Shown here: positions 28,994 to 37,299 of the stretch, one piece after another
Position numbering within the stretch: the first letter of the stretch is position 1
Layout of the letters: every line of letters starts with the position of its first letter
NCBI GenBank assembly: GCA_048885325.1
Contig: JBHLPZ010000002.1
Span: 1-60,795, forward strand
DNA: 60,795 nt
From: Candidatus Odinarchaeota archaeon
Lineage (GTDB): Archaea; Asgardarchaeota; Lokiarchaeia; Sigyniarchaeales; SOKP01
Direction of reading: 5' to 3'
The notes under the pieces: model-generated
The model's database searches: none
What the model was told of the DNA's origin: nothing
What the model saw: the letters and a program-made list of their open reading frames with translations, nothing else
Position numbers and translations under genes: made by a program

Positions 28994-29076
28994 ATATTTT
29001 CAAAGATTCATCTTAGGATTTTTTAAAAATTAAACGCTCTCTGAACTATAATTATTGCTGAACAAAATTTTAAGGT
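28994..29076. repeat. 83-nt intergenic element, copy 2
   Basis: Near-identical to 26315-26397 in the same orientation. It ends 100 nt upstream of the 29177 start. Confidence 0.85.
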
Positions 29077-29176
29077 TCCAGAATTTATTATTTAAATATT
29101 AAAAATTTATATATACGTATTCGTATTATTTTCATCAACATTTAATACAAAATTAAATGTATCTAGTGGAAAAAAA

Positions 29177-29605
29177 ATGAGCGAAGGTAAAAAAAAAGAT
29201 TCTAATGAATTGTTAAACATATTATTGATAATCATCGGTGCTCTCTTTGTCTTTGTAGGTATACTCAATCTCTTAGCGTGGGGAGGAATTAGTCTAGGTA
29301 TTGATCTATCAAATCCCTATGTTGCAGCAGCACTTACTATTCTTGGACCTTCTGGTTTACTTTCAGCAGTACTAGGATTTTGGGCTATAGTTTCTGGAAT
29401 TGGCATGTTTCGAGAAGAGGAATATGCCATGGGTATGGGTCTAGTTGTTTTAAGTGTTATGGCGGTTCAAACGCTCTCAGTAATGTTATCATGGTTTGGT
29501 ACTCCTTGGTATGCAATTTGGCCCAATTATATAATCTTAATTGCATTTATAATAGGAGTAGTCGGCTTTTTCTGGTTAGTCTTTACGTATAAAAGATATG
29601 ATTAG
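29177..29605 (+). CDS. small integral membrane protein (about 4 TM helices), unknown function
   Basis: 142 aa with four hydrophobic stretches and a basic N-terminal cytoplasmic tail. A T-rich tract follows the stop. Confidence 0.55.
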   Translation: MSEGKKKDSNELLNILLIIIGALFVFVGILNLLAWGGISLGIDLSNPYVAAALTILGPSGLLSAVLGFWAIVSGIGMFREEEYAMGMGLVVLSVMAVQTLSVMLSWFGTPWYAIWPNYIILIAFIIGVVGFFWLVFTYKRYD

Positions 29606-29771
29606 ATCCAATAAGAAATTCAAAACTAAATTATAAATTTTTTTTCTTTTTTTCTAACTGAACAGTTATTTTAGTGAATTCTTCTAAAACAATATTAAAG
29701 AAAATAGGAGTTTTATTTATTAATCGAAAAAAATTATTTTTATTAAAAATTATAATTTAAAGGGTTATAAA

Positions 29772-31313
29772 ATGAAAACTTATGAAGATTATATCCAAAG
29801 ATTATATAAAATGAAACCCAACGTCTATATCGGCGAAGAAAAAGTTGGTCGAGACGATCCTCGTTTAAAAGGGGGAATGAGAATTATAAAAGAAACTTTT
29901 GATAAAGCCCATGACCCGGAGTGGGAAGATGTCTGTACTGCTACGAGCCATTTGACGGGTAAGAAGATTAATCGATTTTGTCATATTCATCAGAGTGAAG
30001 ATGATTTATTAAAAAAACAATTAATGACCAGACAACTTTGTCATCGTTGTGGGGGATGTATCCAGAGATGTATGGGAATTGATGCACTTAATGCACTCTC
30101 AGTAATTACATACGAAATGGACCAAGCCCTTGGAACAGATCACTATATAAGATTTAATAAATATATGGAATATTTTCAAGAAAATGACCTTGTGGCTAGT
30201 TGTGCTCAAACTGATGCTAAGGGAGATCGTTTGAAAAGACCACATGAACAAGAAGATCCAGATCAATATCTAAGAGTCATCGAAACAAGAGAACATGGTA
30301 TAGTAGTTAGGGGATGTAAAGTTAATATTACAAATACACCCTATGCTGATGAGATGATAGTTGTTCCGTGTAGATATATGGGACCTGAAGATAAAGACTA
30401 TGCTGTAGCTTTCGCCTTACCAACAGATTGGGATGGTGTAAAATTACTTACGCGCCCTGCGAATTTCAGAAAAAGCAAATATATTGAGGCTCCTGGTATA
30501 GAGATTGGAGATTGTGAAACTTTTATCATTTTTGATGACGTTTTTGTGCCAAATGACCGTGTTTTCTTGAATGGTCATGGTGATCCAAGACAAACTCCTT
30601 ATGCTGGTTTTTTAGCTCTTATGTTTGCTCATTATCATCGCCATAGCTATACTGGTTGTAAACCAGCAGTATCTGAAGTAATTGCAAGTGCTGCTGCATT
30701 AGTGGCAGAATATAATGGCATTGAAAAGACTTCTCACGCGAGAGATAAAATATCTCATATTATAGGTACAGCTGAACTCGTATTTGCTGCTGGAGAATCA
30801 AGCGCAAAACATTCTGAAAAAGCACCCTCAGGAACCCAAGTACCAGATGAGGTTTTAACAAACGCTGGAAGAAGACTTGCGGGAGAGATGATTTATGAGG
30901 AATTTAAAATATTAGCGGATCTTTCTGGTGGCTTAATTGCAACATTACCTTTTGAAGAATCTTTTTTTAGTGAAGAAGTAGGTGACCTTGCCATGAAATA
31001 CTTACAACGAAATCCTCGGGTCAAACCTGAGAATATTTTAAGGTGTTTTAAAGGGATTGAGGCAATGGCAGTATCAGATCTCGCAGGAGTGGTTCAGGTA
31101 GCAGGGTTACATGGAGGGGGGTCACCACAAATGGAAACAATAACAATGATGATGCGTTATGACGTAGAAAAACTGAAAAATATAGCGAAATATCTATTTG
31201 GAATAAAGAAAAATCTAAAACGGTATGAACGTCCTACAGTAACCCCAAGAAAACAACTTGAAAAATTCAGAGAAACCATGTTGAGAAAGAGCAATCAAGA
31301 ACCAAAGTTCTAA
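29772..31313 (+). CDS. abfD: 4-hydroxybutyryl-CoA dehydratase family paralog
   Basis: 513 aa, alignable end to end with the ORF at 14392-15837. It retains C-x3-C (CGGCIQRCMG) and H-x6-C (HRHSYTGCK). Confidence 0.7.
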   Translation: MKTYEDYIQRLYKMKPNVYIGEEKVGRDDPRLKGGMRIIKETFDKAHDPEWEDVCTATSHLTGKKINRFCHIHQSEDDLLKKQLMTRQLCHRCGGCIQRCMGIDALNALSVITYEMDQALGTDHYIRFNKYMEYFQENDLVASCAQTDAKGDRLKRPHEQEDPDQYLRVIETREHGIVVRGCKVNITNTPYADEMIVVPCRYMGPEDKDYAVAFALPTDWDGVKLLTRPANFRKSKYIEAPGIEIGDCETFIIFDDVFVPNDRVFLNGHGDPRQTPYAGFLALMFAHYHRHSYTGCKPAVSEVIASAAALVAEYNGIEKTSHARDKISHIIGTAELVFAAGESSAKHSEKAPSGTQVPDEVLTNAGRRLAGEMIYEEFKILADLSGGLIATLPFEESFFSEEVGDLAMKYLQRNPRVKPENILRCFKGIEAMAVSDLAGVVQVAGLHGGGSPQMETITMMMRYDVEKLKNIAKYLFGIKKNLKRYERPTVTPRKQLEKFRETMLRKSNQEPKF

Positions 31314-31357
31314 TTTTAATTAAATTTTTATATTCTTTTATTTAATTTTTCAATTTT

Positions 31358-32320
31358 TTATAAAAGGCATAAAACAAAGTTTTGCTTTGCATTAAGTGGT
31401 TCAATGCCTAAATCTTTATTTTCATTTATGAAGTTATTAATGGGGATCCCCTTTACAAACAATTCGTTAAATTTTTCATGGAAGATTTTATAAATACTAC
31501 TATTTCTTGAGATATAAGCCCCAATTAATTTATTTGTGGGATCAAAACTAGGTTGTACCAATTCATCATCAGTGAGACCAAAATTGCTAAAATCATCATA
31601 TGTAACGTGGACATCAATACTTTTAAATTCTAAATCATATTGATTAATATGGTTAGTTAAAAGTTTGAATTCTTCGCTTATTAATAAATCCTTGACTACC
31701 TCTGCATTAAAGATTACTTTAATATCTAAGTTTATCACATTATCTTTAATTTTGATCATTCCATTCTTCATAGGTTCTCTTATATCTTCAGGTAGGTGAG
31801 CTGGTCCTGGTTGTTTAATCATGGTCATTAATTCATTGTCATATCTTATACCTATTGCAATTCTACATTCACTTCTAGCTGTAAAGGTATAATAAGTTTC
31901 ATAAATATTATTTAAGTCATATTTTATGAATTCTACAAACTCTTGGCTAATTTGGTCAGTAAGATTATACGATTTTAAAAAATCCTCCAATGCAATTTCC
32001 GCTTTTTCCTTTTTTTCTTGAAATTCTTGCGATAATTCTTCTATCCGATTATTTATTACTTTCTGCCATATTGGTATTACAGGTGTAGCCAAGTGAATTT
32101 TCATTGGGCGATCATATATTTGGACAAGCTCTAAATCATTTAATACTGAGCAAATTTTATAACCTCTTTTTAAAGTGAGACCAAATTGAGAAGATACGTC
32201 TCTTAAATTATCGATTCTAACATTTTTTAATAAATAATGATATATTTTCTCAATGCCTTTTTCGATAACACCAATCGCATCAAATAAAGAACTGAGAGGT
32301 AAAAATTCGCTTTCTTCCAT
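31358..32320 (-). CDS. TrmB-like protein: N-terminal winged helix, coiled-coil arm, C-terminal domain
   Basis: 320 aa. The wHTH-like region is YHYLLKNVRIDNLRDVSSQFGLTLKRGYKICSVLNDLELVQIY. A helical segment IEELSQEFQEKKEKAEIALEDFL follows. Size and layout match TrmB-family regulators. This call comes from pattern recognition only. Confidence 0.5.
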   Translation of the reverse strand: MEESEFLPLSSLFDAIGVIEKGIEKIYHYLLKNVRIDNLRDVSSQFGLTLKRGYKICSVLNDLELVQIYDRPMKIHLATPVIPIWQKVINNRIEELSQEFQEKKEKAEIALEDFLKSYNLTDQISQEFVEFIKYDLNNIYETYYTFTARSECRIAIGIRYDNELMTMIKQPGPAHLPEDIREPMKNGMIKIKDNVINLDIKVIFNAEVVKDLLISEEFKLLTNHINQYDLEFKSIDVHVTYDDFSNFGLTDDELVQPSFDPTNKLIGAYISRNSSIYKIFHEKFNELFVKGIPINNFINENKDLGIEPLNAKQNFVLCLL

Positions 32321-32322
32321 AA

Positions 32323-32330
32323 GATCACCT
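32323..32330 (-). promoter_or_regulatory. Shine-Dalgarno AGGTGATC for the TrmB-like gene, embedded in the GTPase stop region
   Basis: The minus-strand sequence AGGTGATCTTATG contains the GTPase TGA stop inside the SD. There are 5 nt from the GGTG core to the ATG. Confidence 0.6.
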
Positions 32331-32852
32331 ATTTTTCATCTTTTCTAGAGTCAATTCTGTAAGTACTTCAAACGTTTTATTGACATTTTGTCCAGTTTTG
32401 CTTGAAATTTCTCCAAATCCTGAGAAATTATTTCTTTCAGATATTTGAATCCCAAAATCTCTTGATATTTTGCGTTGAGTATCTAAATCTATTTTTGATC
32501 CAACAAGTATTATCGGAATTCCGCCTGCTTTTTGTCTTACTATACTTACCCACTCGGGTATATTATCTAAAGTGGGAGGACGAGTAATATCATAGAGAAG
32601 AAAAGCGGCATTTGCCCCCAAACAATATGTGGGTAGTAAAAATCTAAACCTTTCTTCTCCTCCTACATCCCAAATCTGTAATTTTATCTTCTTACCATGT
32701 AATTCTATGGTCTTAACAAGGAAATCTACTCCAATTGTTAATCGCTCTGCAGGATTAAAAATATTATAACAATATCTTTTCGAAAAAGAAGTTTTCCCTA
32801 CAGATGCGTCTCCCAATAAAAGAATTTTAAAAGTATAATCATATGTTGGAAT
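32325..32852 (-). CDS. Rab-like small GTPase (Ras superfamily); proposed ATT start
   Basis: G1 is GDASVGKTS, G2 is TIGVDF, G3 is WDVGGEE, G4 is GSKID and G5 is SSK. Rab-family motifs IGVDF, KLQIW and LLYDIT are present. The frame is open upstream of the track TTG and encodes IPTYDYTFKILLL, which is the beta-1 strand. Confidence 0.8.
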   Translation of the reverse strand: MPTYDYTFKILLLGDASVGKTSFSKRYCYNIFNPAERLTIGVDFLVKTIELHGKKIKLQIWDVGGEERFRFLLPTYCLGANAAFLLYDITRPPTLDNIPEWVSIVRQKAGGIPIILVGSKIDLDTQRKISRDFGIQISERNNFSGFGEISSKTGQNVNKTFEVLTELTLEKMKNR

Positions 32853-33107
32853 ATTATAACACCTTTTTAAAAATGATTTATATCCTCAACCAAATTAATT
32901 TTTTGATTCTATTGTTTTAATCTTCATTTCTGTAACGTCGCTGAAATAGTGCTTAATATATCTATTAATAGTTCTTTGATATTAGCTTATTATTATAATT
33001 AAAATTGTCTTTTTTAATTCTTTACTTTTCAAAATAAGTTACTGATATTCTCGACTACTAAAAGATGAACCCTTCTAGTTGAGTAAATTAAAAAAAGTAA
33101 AATGAGA

Positions 33108-33644
33108 TTATTCTCCCAAAATATCTCTTAAGTTTTCATAAATAATTGGATTTAGCTCTTTGTCTAAATGATTATTTAATTCATTAATAATAATAGGATT
33201 ATCTCTAAAATTGGCAAGGTATCTAATTATACTCCAACGAACTGAATCATCCGGATCCTCCAATAAGGGTAATAAAAATTTAATGTATTTAATATCATTA
33301 TTTTCTTTAATTTTCATAACTGCTCGAGCACGTATAATGAAATCAGGATTGTACAACTGAGGTAAAAGATGGTACTCAACAATTCCATTTTTTGTAAAAT
33401 TTAATATGAATTGAAATAATTCTTTTTTAAAATTATGGGTTTGGTCCAATTCTTTAATGATACTTTCGATTGTGTATTCTGGAATTTTATTTCCTAATTT
33501 TAATAGACTCTCAAAGGAAATGAAAAAATTTTCCGAAATATCATACTTAAGATAATTTAGAAGCTTTTTAATAATTTTGTCGTTAACCTTTGAGACTTCT
33601 ATTAAATCCCAGTTATCATCTTCCTTGTAATTTTTATTATCCAT
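33108..33644 (-). CDS. HEAT-repeat (PBS-lyase-like) protein
   Basis: 178 aa. Units include NPDFIIRARAVMKI and LLEDPDDSVRWSIIRYLANF. Confidence 0.5.
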   Translation of the reverse strand: MDNKNYKEDDNWDLIEVSKVNDKIIKKLLNYLKYDISENFFISFESLLKLGNKIPEYTIESIIKELDQTHNFKKELFQFILNFTKNGIVEYHLLPQLYNPDFIIRARAVMKIKENNDIKYIKFLLPLLEDPDDSVRWSIIRYLANFRDNPIIINELNNHLDKELNPIIYENLRDILGE

Positions 33645-33888
33645 TGAATAATCTACAGTATCTTTAATTAAAATTTTTAAATTGATTATAATAAAATTTA
33701 CGTTATCTTATTTAATTAATTTATTATTAAAATGAAAATAATTAACTAGTTTACAAAAAATTTTAATTTGTAAATTCTTTGAATTTCTACATTTAATGAT
33801 ACAATACCATATTAGAAAAATTAAAGTTAGGAACAGTTATTTTAAAAAAAATTCAAGCAGTATCATGATAATTTGGAATGAAAAAGTT

Positions 33889-34755
33889 TTATTGCCCAAA
33901 TAATGAAAAACTATTGTTATAGAAAATATCTTGTTTTTCTTCATTTGTGATTGGTAAGCATAAAATTTTATCAATTTCAAGCCGTAGAGGATTCGTCACG
34001 GGCGAGTCAGAGCCAAAAAGAATTCTTTTACTCCCAACATTTCTAATTAGATTTAGAATTCCATATGGGATTGAACAAGAAGTCTCGAAAAAGACGTTCT
34101 CATATTTTTTCAAACTTATGGATAAATCAATAGCTAATTCCATTGCTAAAGCTGCATGTCCGATAATAATTTTAAGATCTGGATATTTTGTTGCAAGTTT
34201 TGAAAGATTATAGCTACTAATTCCATCAAAAACGGTGAATTTTGGAGTGAAATGGATAAAAAGTGGAAAATTTTGATTATAATTCTGCATAAAATCCACT
34301 AATTTCAGTATATCCCTTGGAATTTTTATTAAATGAATACCAGAATGAATTTTTACTCCACAGAAACCTTTTTTAAAATGAGTTTCTAAAATTTTATAAC
34401 TCTTGTCTTCATCTTCGGGAGGTATATTTGGATTAAACCAGAAAAATTTATAAAATCTTTTCGGAGCCTTTTTTGCAATATTTATAACATCTTGATGATC
34501 TAATTGACCTTTTGGCATATTATTTTTCATGCGTTCAAACACCTTGGATAAATTATTATCTTCGTAATTCATTATACTTATTCCTTCGATTTCTTTTAGA
34601 AAAGTTTTAGAACTTACTGCTCTGTTTATTGTTGTTAAAACAGCTTTTTCAACATTATGTTTATCCATATAACTAATTATATCGTCATTCTTATCTAAAA
34701 ACGTCCCAAAGGTATGTATATGAGCATCAAAAATCTTAAATTTTGATTCTTCTAT
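33889..34755 (-). CDS. metal-dependent amidohydrolase (amidohydrolase_2 / TIM-barrel family); proposed ATA start
   Basis: The track ORF begins at MDKHN, but the frame is open for 29 more codons encoding IEESKFKIFDAHIHTFG. That segment holds the family's HxH metal motif. Downstream motifs include GVKIH, IIGHAA and LFGSDSP. Confidence 0.7.
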   Translation of the reverse strand: MEESKFKIFDAHIHTFGTFLDKNDDIISYMDKHNVEKAVLTTINRAVSSKTFLKEIEGISIMNYEDNNLSKVFERMKNNMPKGQLDHQDVINIAKKAPKRFYKFFWFNPNIPPEDEDKSYKILETHFKKGFCGVKIHSGIHLIKIPRDILKLVDFMQNYNQNFPLFIHFTPKFTVFDGISSYNLSKLATKYPDLKIIIGHAALAMELAIDLSISLKKYENVFFETSCSIPYGILNLIRNVGSKRILFGSDSPVTNPLRLEIDKILCLPITNEEKQDIFYNNSFSLFGQ

Positions 34756-34817
34756 TTTAAAACACCGAATTTTTTAATTGATAATAAAACACTATTTAAA
34801 ATAGTATAAGAAAATTA

Positions 34818-35735
34818 CTACTGGTATTCATTAGCCATTGGATTTTTATCCATACAAGGAACATCAAACTGGCAAAAAGCACAACCAACAGGATAAACTT
34901 CAGGTCTTAATTTCCCATTTACTCTTCTTATGTGGGGTTTTAGGATTGGACCAATTCTTTGAATCATTTTTATTGCGATTTTTTGACCGTATTCATAACA
35001 CTTTATTTTATCATGTCCAGCTTCAGTTATAGCTTTACCTGGACATTTTTTTTCACACTCTCTGCAAAGATTTTTAGCATAAAATAGACAATTTTTATAA
35101 GGTTCATCCGTCTTTCTACTAGTTACCTTAAAAGGAGCGTTTGTTATAATTGAAGCAAGTCGGACATTGCAACCTAAATCTGTTATCAATCCTTCATGTA
35201 AACTAAAGGTTCCCAATCCAGCGGCAAACGCTATGTGTCGTTCAGACCATGTTGAATAAAATCCACCTCTTACAATGATACTAAATGATTCACTTAACAT
35301 TCCAGCAACAGCTCTATATCCCCTTTTCAGAAGAAATTTAATTGTCTGTCTTAATGTTTCAGCTTTAAAAGCATTGGCATAATTTCGACCTAGTGAATAA
35401 ATTTCAGCAGGTAATTTTATTCGTGATAACTGTGTAGAATTTCTACTTTCTTTTCGAATTTCGTCACTAAATGGAAAAACTATAGATATTATGCGCAATT
35501 TTGATGGGGATATACTATCCTGTCCAGAAGCTAACCACATTTCAATCGGAGTTAAATGTTCAGGGCCAACTACCACTTTAAATTTTTTGAATATTGGATC
35601 ATTACCACTGGCAACTCCTATTATTGGAGATGAAAAAATTCTTCCTCCGCCATATGTTTCATGAAGTTTATTTAAATCATTAATGGAAAAAAAATCCACT
35701 AAAAAATCTAATAGATCGTTATTGAGCATTATCAA
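34818..35735 (-). CDS. iron-sulfur protein, epoxyqueuosine-reductase / reductive-dehalogenase-like
   Basis: 305 aa. It has CRECEKKCPGKAI and a second cluster region CAFCQFDVPC. The N-terminal region resembles the QueG/RdhA-superfamily substrate domain, but this is weak and from memory. Confidence 0.4.
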   Translation of the reverse strand: MIMLNNDLLDFLVDFFSINDLNKLHETYGGGRIFSSPIIGVASGNDPIFKKFKVVVGPEHLTPIEMWLASGQDSISPSKLRIISIVFPFSDEIRKESRNSTQLSRIKLPAEIYSLGRNYANAFKAETLRQTIKFLLKRGYRAVAGMLSESFSIIVRGGFYSTWSERHIAFAAGLGTFSLHEGLITDLGCNVRLASIITNAPFKVTSRKTDEPYKNCLFYAKNLCRECEKKCPGKAITEAGHDKIKCYEYGQKIAIKMIQRIGPILKPHIRRVNGKLRPEVYPVGCAFCQFDVPCMDKNPMANEYQ

Positions 35736-35890
35736 ATGAATTCTTCAGAAATTTAATAATAAATATTATTTAGTTTTATCAGATAAAACATTATATCCTT
35801 CTAATAGATATTGGAAAATAAAATATAAAAGAAACTGTTATTTAAAGGATTACATAATCCAATTGTTTTTGAAAAAAGGTTAAAAATATA

Positions 35891-37288
35891 ATGGAAAGAT
35901 TTAAAGAAATTGAACAGAAAGTAGTAGATTTAATGAGAGATTTTAAAATTCCCGGACTTTCGATTGGAATTGTTGAGCATGGAAAACCTATCTATGCTAA
36001 AGGATTTGGAGCAAGAAATATAGAAAAAAATCTTCCATTTACAGAAAATACATTATTTGGAATTGGTTCTATATCAAAGTCATTTACAGCTCTAGCTTTA
36101 TTACAACTTGTACAAGAAGGGAAAATAAACCTTCAAGATCCTGTGAATAAATATCTTAATTTTAAATTAGGAGATAATAAAAATCCAATAAAAGTTTGTC
36201 ATTTATTATCACATTCCTCAGGAATTCCTGAATTAAGTGGTAATGTGGTAGCCCTAGTACGTCAACTTGGGAATTCTGATGTCACAGTTCCTATGAGTAG
36301 CTGGAATGATTTCTTTCTCCATATTAATAACGCAGTTACAGAAATTTTTGATGAACCTGACAAAAATTTCTTCTATAATAATGATATGTTTACTTGTGCT
36401 GGCCTTATCATTGAAAAATTAACAAACATGAAATTTGAAGCGTATATTAGGAAATACATACTTGAACCTCTAAATATGTATAGGTCCATTTATTTAAAGG
36501 AAAAATTTGAAAGAGATAATGATGTATTAACAGGTTATATTCCTTCTAAAGAAAAAGAACAATATAAAGAAGCTTCTCATCCATTTGATAAGATTATTTA
36601 TGCTCCTGGAGGATTAGTAAGCTCAGCAAGAGAAATGCAAAATTATTTAATTACCTTGATTAATGGAGGTGTATTTAATAACTCGAGGATTATTCACCAA
36701 TCATTATTAGAACAAATGTGGACTCCTTATATAAAAATACCAAAAGAAACACTTGGATGTAAAGATGCTTGGTATGGCTTTGGTTGGGTAATAGAAAAGG
36801 ATTTTTTCGGACATAGATTAATTCATCATGGAGGGGATGTAGGATCTTCTACTGCATTTTTAGCACTACTTCCTGAAGAAAAAATGGGAGTTATAATCGG
36901 AGCAAATTGTAATGCTTCAATAGTTTTAAGCTCTTTAGCTCATTTATTTCTTGGATTTCTATTGGGAATAGAAATCAATAAAGCAACTCCTGCACTAAAC
37001 ATATACAAGAAATTGAAGTCATTAACAGGGAAATACTCCACTTATAAAAACCTTGAGAATATAAATATTTCATTCGAAAATGATATTCTTTATGCTGAAA
37101 TTAAAGAATCTTTAGATTTTTTTATACCCATGAAATTACCACTTGTCTCTGAAAATATTGATCAATTGAAATTTTATGTACCAATTGCATATCCAAATAG
37201 AAAAATAAAAGTTCAATTTTTTATAGAAGAAAATACAGAAAAAGTTTATTTTACTTTTGATAGATATTATTTTCATAAAAAAAAATAG
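35891..37288 (+). CDS. beta-lactamase-fold serine hydrolase (class C / esterase family VIII-like)
   Basis: 465 aa with the SxxK nucleophile motif in GSISKSF and an HHGG region. No signal peptide is evident. Confidence 0.7.
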   Translation: MERFKEIEQKVVDLMRDFKIPGLSIGIVEHGKPIYAKGFGARNIEKNLPFTENTLFGIGSISKSFTALALLQLVQEGKINLQDPVNKYLNFKLGDNKNPIKVCHLLSHSSGIPELSGNVVALVRQLGNSDVTVPMSSWNDFFLHINNAVTEIFDEPDKNFFYNNDMFTCAGLIIEKLTNMKFEAYIRKYILEPLNMYRSIYLKEKFERDNDVLTGYIPSKEKEQYKEASHPFDKIIYAPGGLVSSAREMQNYLITLINGGVFNNSRIIHQSLLEQMWTPYIKIPKETLGCKDAWYGFGWVIEKDFFGHRLIHHGGDVGSSTAFLALLPEEKMGVIIGANCNASIVLSSLAHLFLGFLLGIEINKATPALNIYKKLKSLTGKYSTYKNLENINISFENDILYAEIKESLDFFIPMKLPLVSENIDQLKFYVPIAYPNRKIKVQFFIEENTEKVYFTFDRYYFHKKK

Positions 37289-37299
37289 ATTTATACATC

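Noticed and set aside
26180-29176. The 83-nt direct repeats bracket the beta-helix gene, which could indicate a mobile cassette or IS.
   Set aside because: There is no transposase or integrase, no inverted terminal repeats, and no target-site duplication. I kept it as a repeat or regulatory finding, not a mobile element.
32814-32816. The TTG at 32816 as the GTPase start (track annotation).
   Set aside because: It would remove the beta-1 strand (FKILLL) that precedes the P-loop. The upstream frame is open and encodes a Rab-typical N-terminus with an SD-spaced ATT.
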